Positions 28,317-36,128 of a stretch of DNA of 64,000 bases are shown here, one piece after another. The notes below the pieces were generated by a model that did not search any database, had not been told where the DNA came from, and saw nothing but the letters and a program-made list of their open reading frames with translations. Origin of the DNA: a bacterium (lineage in GTDB: Bacteria > Ratteibacteria > UBA8468 > B48-G9 > DSTR01). Position 1 is the first letter of the stretch. Each line of letters begins with the position of its first letter. A program made the position numbers and the translations under genes. The stretch spans positions 1,317 to 65,316 of the forward strand of contig JAKPFT010000024.1 of assembly GCA_029551285.1 (NCBI GenBank). The letters run 5' to 3'.

Positions 28317-28628
28317 GGTAGTGTCAAAAAAGGATGAAAGAAGAGTGAAAAGAAAGGGAACAAACTGGCTCACTCAAGGTGCTCCGGCACAGACAAGAAC
28401 TACGCCGAAATCGGTCGCTCGGCGAACTCGCTCGCCATCTGGCGAGCTGGAGACACCGCCGAGTAAGGTATTGCGTCCCGGATGGACTTGTCCGGGCCGC
28501 TTACCGAGCGCTGCCGCTTTTCGTCTTGTCTTGTATCTGTGCCTTCGCAAATCGTTCGCCAGTTATTCCCTTCCTTTTTTGACAATGGAGAGAAAGCGGA
28601 GAGATAAGGAAAGGCAGAACCATTGACA
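28317..28628 (+). ncRNA. Structured intergenic element, copy 1 (candidate cis-acting RNA / structured repeat)
   Basis: Starts immediately after the TAA at 28314-16. Nested complementary segments are detailed in the findings. Near-identical copies lie at 35.1 and 39.5-40.1 kb. That it is a repeat is certain; RNA function is inferred. Confidence 0.6.
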
Positions 28629-28697
28629 GAAGCAAGAAAAGACAAAGAAAAGCTTTTATAAGTCTTTGACAGAACCGGGCTTTTAACAGGAGGCAAC

Positions 28698-29474
28698 ATG
28701 GTGACAAAAACCAGGCTGGTTTTCTCCGCAGTGGTTCTGCTGGCCGAAGTTCTTTGCTCAGCGGAGAAAAATTTAAGTTTTCCAGTTGGTATCTACTTTA
28801 ATCCGATAAGAGAAGAACCCAGGGCGGTCACTTACGGCTATGAAGGAGTGAGAATTGCCCTGGAGGAAAACGGGTTTGACGATGTCCGTTACATCAAATC
28901 TTTCCACCCGGAAGAACTAAAAGACATCCGGGTGCTCATCATTTCCTCAGTGCAACGTTATCCTTCTGCCTGGGATTTGAACCAGGTGCGAGAGCAGCAG
29001 AGAAAATTTGTAGAAACTGGTGGTGGGTTACTCCTCATCCATGAAGCCATCGGCTGGCGCGGCGTCTTCAAGGACAATCCAGTCTTCCAGGAAATCGGCC
29101 GCGGGGTCGCCTACGACGGGAAAACATTCGCGCCGGTTCAGGTAACCCCCCTGGTGGTAGTTGATAAAAACCATGCTATCACCAGGAATCTTCCGGAAAG
29201 CTTCGCCATGCAGTATGACTGCGCTCCGTTGAAGCCAGGCCCGAAAGGCAGGGTTTTGATTAAACTGGCTGACGAGGCCTATGTTCGGGGCCAGAAGGTC
29301 AAACTGGATAATCTGGCAGCGCTTATCGTGGGTGAACATGGCCGGGGACGGGTAGTGCTGATGGGTCCCTTAGTCGGTCTGGCGCGGCTTCCCCGGGAGA
29401 TGGAAAATCCTCCTCAGGGTGGCGAACTTCAGATGTTGCTCAACGCGGTGAAATGGGCGGCCGGCCTTGACTAA
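28698..29474 (+). CDS. Secreted hypothetical protein, possibly ThuA / class-I glutamine-amidotransferase-like fold
   Basis: Signal-like N-terminus. RVLIISS..GGGLLLIHEAIGW..GRVVLMG pattern. RBS AGGAGG before the ATG. The fold call is weak. Confidence 0.7.
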   Translation: MVTKTRLVFSAVVLLAEVLCSAEKNLSFPVGIYFNPIREEPRAVTYGYEGVRIALEENGFDDVRYIKSFHPEELKDIRVLIISSVQRYPSAWDLNQVREQQRKFVETGGGLLLIHEAIGWRGVFKDNPVFQEIGRGVAYDGKTFAPVQVTPLVVVDKNHAITRNLPESFAMQYDCAPLKPGPKGRVLIKLADEAYVRGQKVKLDNLAALIVGEHGRGRVVLMGPLVGLARLPREMENPPQGGELQMLLNAVKWAAGLD

Positions 29475-30139
29475 TGACCGGTGGGCCAGCCACAGTCTCT
29501 TATCCGGGCAGTGCTCGGCGTAACTTCCAGCACCACAAAACCACCGTGGCGCAGGGGACCAGGATTGATTAGCAGCGTCGGTCCTAATTCATCCTTCCCG
29601 CTGGCTTCATGAATGTGGCCGCAAAGACAGACGACCGGCTTTTTCTCTTCAATGAAAGTCCTGACGGCCTGGCTGCCCACGTGCCGACCGGAACGCACCA
29701 GGTCAAGTCTTGTCCCGAATGGTGGTTGATGAGCCAGCAGCAGGAAAGGAGTTTTTTCCGGCAATGACTGATAAGCCGAGGCCAGGAGTGCCTGAAGTTG
29801 ACCTTCCGTCAATTCGCCTGGGGTGTACACCGGACAGGGCAGGGAAAAACCTATTCCCAAAAATCCTATCCCCTGGATGAATCTGGTCTGCCCATGAAGA
29901 CTAAGACCTTCCTTCCGCAGATAATCTTCCACAACCTTTTCGTCACAGTTGCCGGCGACGGCTAACACATCCGGGAAATAGCGCCGTATTTCTCCAATCA
30001 CCCTCGCCGCTTCTGCCCGGCCACCAAAATTCGTCAGGTCTCCTGAAACCAGCACCAGGTCTACCTGGCCTACCTTCTCGGCCAGGCCGGACAGGCCGGT
30101 GATATCTCCGTGAATGTCAGAAAGACCTAAAATAACCAT
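29471..30139 (-). CDS. Metallophosphoesterase (calcineurin-like, YfcE/MJ0936-type)
   Basis: Motifs DIHGD, GDLTNFG, GNCD and GHIH in canonical order. I place the start at MVILGLSDIHG (30139) rather than the 319-aa track ORF. Confidence 0.85.
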   Translation of the reverse strand: MVILGLSDIHGDITGLSGLAEKVGQVDLVLVSGDLTNFGGRAEAARVIGEIRRYFPDVLAVAGNCDEKVVEDYLRKEGLSLHGQTRFIQGIGFLGIGFSLPCPVYTPGELTEGQLQALLASAYQSLPEKTPFLLLAHQPPFGTRLDLVRSGRHVGSQAVRTFIEEKKPVVCLCGHIHEASGKDELGPTLLINPGPLRHGGFVVLEVTPSTARIRDCGWPTGH

Positions 30140-30202
30140 TTTTCTGCCTTTTTTAGAAGATATTACCACAGCTTGCCCTCGGGTGCTACAATAGAAACTG
30201 CG

Positions 30203-31741
30203 ATGGACAGAAGCAAAAAAGTTTTCCTGGTGAAGAATGGCCAGCCGGTGGCCGCAGTTTATCTTCCGCAGGGTGTCGGCCAGGAGACCAGACAGGCCAG
30301 CCAGGAATTGGTTCGGGTCATTTACAGGTCCACCGGTGTCAAACTTCCCGTGACCACTGAAAAATCCCTCTCGCCCGGTCAAACCCTGATTCAATTTTCT
30401 ATCAGGCGTGCTGGCAACCGGAAATTCCAACTGCCGCCGGAGGATAGTTTCATCATTTCTGCCCGGACCGGAGAAATTAAAATTCTGATTTCCCGTCCGG
30501 AAGTTCTGCCGGTGGCGGTGGCCAGATTTTTAGAGGAAACAACCGGTGCCAGATGGTTCTTTCCCGGTCCAGCCGGTGAAGATATCCCGTTAAGGAAGGA
30601 TGTTTTCTTCCTGGCCGGAAGGAAAAGTTACCAACCTGCCTTTGCCTGGCGCAGCCTTGGCTGGAAAGATAACTCCTCTGTAGAAGTGTGGCAGAAGAAG
30701 AATGGCCTGTTACGTTTTCCGATTAATCGCGGCCATGCCTACTCGGAAATTTTGCCCCGGCGGCTCTTTCGCTCCCATCCGGAATTCTTTTCCTTAATCT
30801 GCGGCCGGCGAAGAATAAATCCCAGCCAGATGTGTTTTTCCGCGCCAGGCATCCTGGAACAAACCCTGAATTATGTGGCCAGAGTTTTTCAGGAAAATCC
30901 TGGTCTGGTGGCTGTCTCCCTCTGTCCGGCTGATGTAGACTATTTCTGCGAATGCCATCGCTGCCGGCAGGGAGAAAATCCCACCCGTTACTACGACCTT
31001 TACGTGCGGGAGCCGGCTTACGGTTACGGTGGTCCAGGGTTCGCCGCCCATCTTTCTGAACGGGTTTTTCGTTTCACCAATCGGGTGGCAGATGAAGTAG
31101 CGCGGAAATTTCCTGGCAGGTACTTGATCGTTTACGCTTACGGTGCCTATCGTTACCCTCCGGAAGGGATAAGAATCAGGGATAATGTCATTATCTGGTT
31201 GACCACCACCTGCCTGGGCTGGTGGAACCCGGAAAGGAAAAAGTTAGAGATACAGAGGATCAAAGCCTGGCGCCAGGCCGCCAGAAATATCGTAATCTTT
31301 GAAGCCCTTTCTAACCAGGCCTGGCCAGAAGTTCCCAGGATAGCGCCCCGCCTGGTGGCCGAAAGTCTTAGAACTTACCGCCGGTTGGGCATTCGGGGAT
31401 TTTACTCGCAAATGTTTGGCGACTTCGGCACCAATCTGCCCAATTATTACCTGGCCGCGAGGTATCTCCGGGATACCAGACTTGACTATCAGAAGGAACT
31501 GGCCAGTCTGCTCCAGCGCTGTTTTGGGCCAGCAGCCCGGGCGGTGAAAAAGTACTGGGAGATTCTCTCTCAAGCCTGGCAGGATCTGACAGAGGACGGC
31601 ACTCTGGAGGGAGCCCGCTCGCTGATCAACCCCCACAACGAGTATCTACATCTGGCCAGGCTTTACCCGGAAAGGGTACTCCGCCAGGCGGAGAAAGCCC
31701 TGAGGGAAGCAAGAAAGCTGGCTGGCAATACACAGAATTGA
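30203..31741 (+). CDS. DUF4838-family glycan-active protein (short paralog)
   Basis: Shares the Cys cluster FCECHRCRQ with FWCQCPECL, EWCRCPRCR and ACRCAQCL of the paralogs at 45-53 kb, and the GHAYSE/HPEFF region. Start chosen at MDRSKKV (30203). Confidence 0.8.
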   Translation: MDRSKKVFLVKNGQPVAAVYLPQGVGQETRQASQELVRVIYRSTGVKLPVTTEKSLSPGQTLIQFSIRRAGNRKFQLPPEDSFIISARTGEIKILISRPEVLPVAVARFLEETTGARWFFPGPAGEDIPLRKDVFFLAGRKSYQPAFAWRSLGWKDNSSVEVWQKKNGLLRFPINRGHAYSEILPRRLFRSHPEFFSLICGRRRINPSQMCFSAPGILEQTLNYVARVFQENPGLVAVSLCPADVDYFCECHRCRQGENPTRYYDLYVREPAYGYGGPGFAAHLSERVFRFTNRVADEVARKFPGRYLIVYAYGAYRYPPEGIRIRDNVIIWLTTTCLGWWNPERKKLEIQRIKAWRQAARNIVIFEALSNQAWPEVPRIAPRLVAESLRTYRRLGIRGFYSQMFGDFGTNLPNYYLAARYLRDTRLDYQKELASLLQRCFGPAARAVKKYWEILSQAWQDLTEDGTLEGARSLINPHNEYLHLARLYPERVLRQAEKALREARKLAGNTQN

Positions 31742-31743
31742 CC

Positions 31744-32070
31744 ATGGCGGCCGTCAAAGAATGTCTGGCCTTAGAAGATATGGGCTTGCCTCCTTTCTAT
31801 TTCGCGGCGTGGCTTGCTCCCTCCTATGACTTCAGGTTCTACCGGGCCCTGGCCAGGGGGAAGGACAAACGACTTCTTATCCACGCTCTCCAGCGAGCGA
31901 TTGGCGCCTGGGAAAAAAGGGAGAAATTCGTCAGAAAACTGGCCGGAAAACATGTCCTGAGCGAAACTCTTCTTCAGAGAAACAGGCGGTTTGACCCACG
32001 TCCGGTGCTGACCCGGATGCTGAAAATAGTCAGGGAGATGGACGCTCTCTCCAGGAGGACTGGAAAATGA
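31744..32070 (+). CDS. Hypothetical helical protein
   Basis: ORF begins 3 nt after the upstream stop. No recognisable motif. May correspond to the helical region that follows the DUF4838 core in the longer paralogs. Confidence 0.45.
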   Translation: MAAVKECLALEDMGLPPFYFAAWLAPSYDFRFYRALARGKDKRLLIHALQRAIGAWEKREKFVRKLAGKHVLSETLLQRNRRFDPRPVLTRMLKIVREMDALSRRTGK

Positions 32071-32140
32071 CGCAACGGTGGCGGCACCTTCTCCTGGTAC
32101 CTTGTCTTGTGCCTTTCATCCTTGAGGCTCACTGGCAGGA

Positions 32141-32950
32141 ATGGTCAACTACTCCGGTCAGCCCCAGCATAACCTCAGGATAAGAGTCCCGGAAGAATAC
32201 TGGAAATACGTGGCTGGCTGGGTCAGCCGGGATTGCGGCGCCTGTCTTCTAAGAGTAGAAAATGGCCAGATTCTCGTGCCGGAGGTCCTTTACGGAGGCA
32301 CAGTAATTCTCGGTCGGGACCAGAAGGAGGTAGACTTCTGGGTGAAGAAAAACCAGAACCGACCGTGGCTGGCGAGAAACAATCTGACCACCCCTAAAGG
32401 TTATGGTCGCTGGTATAATCGGCAGATTGCTCCGGAAAAAGTACCGGATGGCTACTGCCTCAGCCGTTATCGGGCTGGTACCCATGAACGGCACGAATAT
32501 CTCTTTGCGGATATCCTGGCCCCCGAGTTGGTGACGGCCGGTCAGAAAGCCGAAATCAGCCTGAAAATTCTCCAGACCAACTTCGATTACCTGGAATACT
32601 GGCAGCTGATATTCTCGGAGATGAATACCGGCCGGCAGGAGGCTGTGGCTATAGCCTTGCCTGAGGGAAATCATCACGCCGAAGGAACTAAACTTACCGG
32701 GGAAACCCTGGTTACCTGGTGGCAACCTGCTATTCCCGGAGTTTACCAGGTTTATCTGGGCTATCGCATGGTCAGGCTTGACCACGACGGCGAACCTTTC
32801 CTGGAACCGGAAAATGTCGCTGCTGGTTACAGCGGCAGCACTCCGGCTAATCTTTTCCTGAAGAGTCAGCCCCTGGTGAAAAGACCGTGCCTTGACCTGG
32901 TGCGCGGTTTGAGAATCAAGGTTAAGCCTGCGGCAGGCGGAGAAGCCTGA
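32141..32950 (+). CDS. Hypothetical protein
   Basis: 269-aa ORF with no motif recognised. Its 3' end overlaps the convergent amidohydrolase gene by 29 nt. Confidence 0.55.
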   Translation: MVNYSGQPQHNLRIRVPEEYWKYVAGWVSRDCGACLLRVENGQILVPEVLYGGTVILGRDQKEVDFWVKKNQNRPWLARNNLTTPKGYGRWYNRQIAPEKVPDGYCLSRYRAGTHERHEYLFADILAPELVTAGQKAEISLKILQTNFDYLEYWQLIFSEMNTGRQEAVAIALPEGNHHAEGTKLTGETLVTWWQPAIPGVYQVYLGYRMVRLDHDGEPFLEPENVAAGYSGSTPANLFLKSQPLVKRPCLDLVRGLRIKVKPAAGGEA

Positions 32951-33836
32951 GGGCGTTGTCCCGCATGATTTTCCTGAAGACCTCTTCACTGATTTTTCCT
33001 GTGGCGTGCCAGTTCAACAGCAACTCCATTGTCCGAAAAGGCATGCCTACCTGACAGTAATCGGTGCCAAAAAGGAGTTTATCCTGAAATTCAGTAAGAA
33101 ACTCTGGCCCGTAGTTTTCGTCCCGGCTTAGGGCTGCCGCGGCATCTGAGAGTTCCGCGTAAAGGTTTTCGTAACGGCGCAGTAACTTCTGGACAACACC
33201 CTCCTCTTTCACCGGACCAAGAGGAAAGTCTATGTGAACCTGACAGCCGTCTGGCCGGAAAACAGACTTCCGCTGCCCTGGAGTTTCTAACGGCGCAATC
33301 TCTGCCCAGAAAACCGGCCCGTGAGCAATCATCACCAGATCAGGAAAACGCTGCAGCGTATGCTCCAGTTGGGGAAGCCCCGGGTCATCGTAAAGTCCGA
33401 AGTCCCCTCCAACCCGGTCAGAACCGTCAAAGGTAACCGGTAAGCCAGTCGCCTGGGCGTGTTTGAAAAGGTTCTGCACCAGCGGATGCATCATCGGCAG
33501 ATTTAGCATTACTTCGCCGACCCCTCTGCAGCCTAAGTCTCGGTAATAACGGAGAAGCCTGTCTAAGGGAGCATCAACCGCATTCGTCAGGGCTCTGGGG
33601 TCAATGTTACAGAAGGGGATAAAACGGTCTGGGTACTTTTCTACCATTTCCAGGATATCTTCGTTGGCCTGCGGCAGGTAAATCTCCGGGCTGACCACTG
33701 GAAGGAGAACCCCCTTTTGAATGCCGATCTGGTCGTAACGCTCCAGAACCTGTTCCGGCGTGGGAAACCGGGTCACAAAAGGCACTGGCTTGCGGTAGGC
33801 GTGCGCATGAATATCAATAAACATTTTCTCTTCCAC
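32922..33836 (-). CDS. Amidohydrolase-2 family metal-dependent hydrolase (TIM barrel)
   Basis: N-terminal FIDIHAHAY (HxH metal motif); ~300 aa, a typical length. Confidence 0.8.
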   Translation of the reverse strand: MEEKMFIDIHAHAYRKPVPFVTRFPTPEQVLERYDQIGIQKGVLLPVVSPEIYLPQANEDILEMVEKYPDRFIPFCNIDPRALTNAVDAPLDRLLRYYRDLGCRGVGEVMLNLPMMHPLVQNLFKHAQATGLPVTFDGSDRVGGDFGLYDDPGLPQLEHTLQRFPDLVMIAHGPVFWAEIAPLETPGQRKSVFRPDGCQVHIDFPLGPVKEEGVVQKLLRRYENLYAELSDAAAALSRDENYGPEFLTEFQDKLLFGTDYCQVGMPFRTMELLLNWHATGKISEEVFRKIMRDNALRLLRLPQA

Positions 33837-33925
33837 GGCTGGCTCTCCTCAAACTCCTTCTTACTCTACCTTTCTTCTGCCATCTTCGTCAACCGGCTGG
33901 CCACCATGACAAAAACACATGGGAG

Positions 33926-33955
33926 TTGACAGCAAAAGCAGCCTGGTGGTATAAT
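33926..33955 (+). promoter_or_regulatory. Sigma70-type promoter of the GntR/LacI-type regulator gene
   Basis: TTGACA (33926-31), 18-nt spacer, TATAAT (33950-55), 37 nt upstream of the ATG at 33992. Confidence 0.65.
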
Positions 33956-33974
33956 TGTTGCAAGAAGACAATAT

Positions 33975-33990
33975 AATACCAGCGGGTATT
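33975..33990 (+). promoter_or_regulatory. Perfect 6-bp-arm palindrome AATACC-AGCG-GGTATT abutting the regulator start codon
   Basis: Seen directly: AATACC at 33975-80 and GGTATT at 33985-90. Could be an operator or an RNA hairpin covering the ribosome-binding region. A second inverted repeat, ATTGT-N9-ACAAT, overlaps the -10/+1 region. Confidence 0.35.
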
Positions 33991-33991
33991 T

Positions 33992-35113
33992 ATGCACAGG
34001 GGTAAAGCTCGGCCGCTTTATGCAGGTATCTACCTGGAACTGAAGGATAAAATCCAGCAGGGAAAACTTAAGGTTAACCAGCGGATGACCGAGCGGCAAC
34101 TGAGTCACCGGTACCAGGTCAGCCGGGTCACCATAAGAAAAGCCCTCTCCCTTTTAGTCAGAGAAGGTTATCTCCACCGCCTGCCTCGTCTGGGAACTTT
34201 TGTCACTTCCACTTCTTCGGCTCCTGGAATCTTCCCCGGCCGGTATAGCAATCATACCATTGGCATTCTCATTCCCTGTATCACCTTTTCCCTTTACGCC
34301 GGCATCGTCCGGGGCGCTGAAGATTTTCTTCTGACCCGGGATTACACCATTATGGTGGGCAGTTACGATGCTAATCCTGAGCGGGAAAAGTCATACCTGG
34401 AAAGATTTACCTGCCAGGGTATCTCCGGTCTGGTCATCGCTCCCAGTTACAATTCCAGGCCTGATGTTTATCTGGAGTTGCTGGTAAAAAGAAATATTCC
34501 CTTCGTCCTGGTGGATACTCCCCTGCCAGGGATTGACGCCGATGTGGTCCAGACCGACGGAGTGAAGGGCGGCTATCTGGGGACTAAACAATTGATTGAG
34601 ACTGGCTGCCAGAAGATTGCCTTCCTGTGCGGCCATCTGGGTCGCTGTTCCAACTCCTCTTTCCGGCTTCAGGGTTATCGCCAGGCCATCGTGGAAGCAG
34701 GTTTAGATTTCAATCCCGAACTTATCTTTGAAGGCGACTTCTCCAGAGAGTTCGGATACCAGACAGTAAAAAAACTGCTCTCCCGGGAAAGTATTGACGG
34801 TATCTTCTCAGCCAATGAACCCATTACCTTAGGGGTTCTGCAGGCAGTGAGCGAACTTCCTGATGACAGGCGGAAGGAAATTTTAGTAGTTTCCTTTGAC
34901 GAGATTTCCACGCCGGTTGAATATTCCAGCCCTTTAATGGTGGTGCGGCAACCGCGGATGATGATTGGCCAGGTAGCCGCTCAGATTCTGTTAGAGCGCA
35001 TTAAAGAAAAAAAGCGGCAGGAGAATTCTGCTTACCGGCAGATTTTCCTCTCCCCGGAATTGAATGGCTCCAGATTTCTGGAAAAAACGGTTTTCTCAGA
35101 GGTGAACGGCTAA
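33992..35113 (+). CDS. Transcriptional regulator: GntR-type winged HTH fused to a LacI/PBP1-type sugar-binding domain
   Basis: N-terminus has the GntR HTH signature ([41 protein letters not shown]). The C-terminal ~280 aa are periplasmic-binding-protein-like ([23 protein letters not shown]). Confidence 0.85.
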   Translation: MHRGKARPLYAGIYLELKDKIQQGKLKVNQRMTERQLSHRYQVSRVTIRKALSLLVREGYLHRLPRLGTFVTSTSSAPGIFPGRYSNHTIGILIPCITFSLYAGIVRGAEDFLLTRDYTIMVGSYDANPEREKSYLERFTCQGISGLVIAPSYNSRPDVYLELLVKRNIPFVLVDTPLPGIDADVVQTDGVKGGYLGTKQLIETGCQKIAFLCGHLGRCSNSSFRLQGYRQAIVEAGLDFNPELIFEGDFSREFGYQTVKKLLSRESIDGIFSANEPITLGVLQAVSELPDDRRKEILVVSFDEISTPVEYSSPLMVVRQPRMMIGQVAAQILLERIKEKKRQENSAYRQIFLSPELNGSRFLEKTVFSEVNG

Positions 35114-35427
35114 GGGTAGTGTCAAAAAAGGAAGAAACAAGAATGAAAAGAAAGGGAACAAACTGGCTCACTCAGAATGCTCCGGCACAGACAGGGACTA
35201 CGCCGAAATCGGTAGCTCGGCGAACTCGCTCGCCAGGGGGCGAGCTCAGACACCGCCGAGTAAGGTATTGCGTCCCGGATGGAATTGTCCGGTCCGCTTA
35301 CCGAGCGCTGCCGCTTTTCGTCTTGTCTTGTATCTGTGCCTTCGCAAATCGTTCGCCAGTTATTCCCTTCCTTTTCTGACAATGGAGAGGAAGCGGAGAG
35401 AGATAAGGAATGGCAGAACCATTGACA
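35114..35427 (+). ncRNA. Structured intergenic element, copy 2
   Basis: Starts immediately after the regulator TAA (35111-13). About 90% identical by eye to copy 1. Lies between the regulator and the pseudopilin-like operon. Confidence 0.6.
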
Positions 35428-35501
35428 GAATTAGAAAAGACAAAAAAGAATTGAAGTCCTTCACAGAACCAAGAAACAGGAGCCAACTATCAGGAGGAAA
35501 G

Positions 35502-36113
35502 ATGGAAAAGAAAGGATTTACGCTGATTGAGTTGCTGGTGGTCATTGCGATTATTGCGATTTTAGCCGCGATGCTGCTACCGGCTCTGTCGACGGCAAGA
35601 GAAAAGGTCAGGGAAGCCAGCTGCCTGAACAACCTCAAGCAGATTGGCCAGGCGATTCACATGTACCTTAATGATTATGAATTTTGCTGGTTCCAGTCAG
35701 GAGAAGCCGGCCGACAGCCGCGCTGGTATGACCCGTGGGTTTTGCCCAAATACTGCGGTGGCGGGACTGTAGCGACCAACAAAGTTTTTAAGTGCCCTTC
35801 TCATAGGCAGTGGCCTGTCTGGGGAACTCAGTCAAGTTACGCCATGAACTTTTATCTTGACCCAACCTACACCGGAATTCTCCACTCCGGACCTGACACC
35901 CTTAGCCGACGCGCCCATCTGGTAATCTTTGCTGACGGAAGCGGTAGCAATCATACCTTCTCTGGCAGCCATCTTACGCGTTTAGGACCCCGCCACACCA
36001 AAAGAGGTATTAACTTTCTTTATGTTGACGGCCATGTGCAGCTGGCCAGACCAGGAGATCTACCGGAGGATGTCTTTTTCGCCAATAATAGTAAGAAAAC
36101 CGTTGTCTGGTAA
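35502..36113 (+). CDS. Pseudopilin-like protein 1 (prepilin-type N-terminal methylation domain, DUF1559-like)
   Basis: MEKKG|[37 protein letters not shown] before the ATG at 35502; the track ORF from 35268 runs through the repeat element. C-terminal [11 protein letters not shown] motif. Confidence 0.9.
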   Translation: MEKKGFTLIELLVVIAIIAILAAMLLPALSTAREKVREASCLNNLKQIGQAIHMYLNDYEFCWFQSGEAGRQPRWYDPWVLPKYCGGGTVATNKVFKCPSHRQWPVWGTQSSYAMNFYLDPTYTGILHSGPDTLSRRAHLVIFADGSGSNHTFSGSHLTRLGPRHTKRGINFLYVDGHVQLARPGDLPEDVFFANNSKKTVVW

Positions 36114-36128
36114 AACGAGGAGGGAGAA

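Noticed and set aside
28441-28470. Resemblance of CUGGAGACACCGCCGAGUAAGG to the glycine-riboswitch core (CUGGAGAG..CACCGAAGGGGCAA).
   Set aside because: The UGGAGA part is present only in copies 1 and 5 (CUCAGA in copies 2-4). The rest of the glycine aptamer architecture is not present, and the genomic context is unrelated to glycine metabolism.
28321-28626. ORF-track proteins lying inside the repeated element on both strands. On the + strand: 28321..28626, 35119..35379, 39548..39784, 39848..40084 and 53694..53927. On the - strand: 28400..28699, 35122..35382, 39497..39958 and 53588..53893. Several begin [11 protein letters not shown].. and are very basic.
   Set aside because: Their similarity is explained by ~90% nucleotide identity. 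A 1-nt indel between copy 1 and copies 2-4, plus further indels in copy 5, shift the frames (..SGELETPPSKV.. versus ..[11 protein letters not shown]..), so no frame is conserved. There is no RBS. Substitutions instead preserve base pairing.
28613-28628. Sigma54-like appearance of GGCAG-AACCA-TTGAC (GG-N10-xx spacing).
   Set aside because: The -12 element reads TTGA rather than the nearly invariant TTGC/TGC in all copies, and the 11.1-kb variant has different spacing.
28579-28671. TTGACA boxes in the 3' tails of the elements (28579, 28623, 28666; 35422; 39781; 40081, 40129, ~40168) considered as sigma70 -35 hexamers of internal promoters.
   Set aside because: At 16-19 nt downstream I find no acceptable -10. 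The sequences there are purine runs such as AGAAAA or AAAGAA, or the RBS itself. This is unlike the genuine-looking promoters at 25985-26013 and 33926-55. Kept only as a motif observation.
29471-30430. N-terminally extended versions of track ORFs: 29471..30430, 35268..36113, 37582..38382, 55888..56646, 11118..12320, 26070..28316 and 43639..44274.
   Set aside because: In each case an internal ATG with a good Shine-Dalgarno starts exactly at the conserved family N-terminus ([51 protein letters not shown]). The extensions run through repeats, hairpins or the neighbouring gene.
32249-32989. Long antisense or alternative-frame ORFs overlapping well-supported genes. Examples: 32249..32989(-), 26058..26765(-), 17252..17944(+), 11196..11912(+), 12689..13423(+), 45174..45821(-), 47668..48270(-) and 37765..38349(-).
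   Set aside because: These are shadow ORFs typical of GC-rich coding regions. They have no motifs and low-complexity, R/P/G-rich translations, and the opposite-strand genes have clear family signatures.
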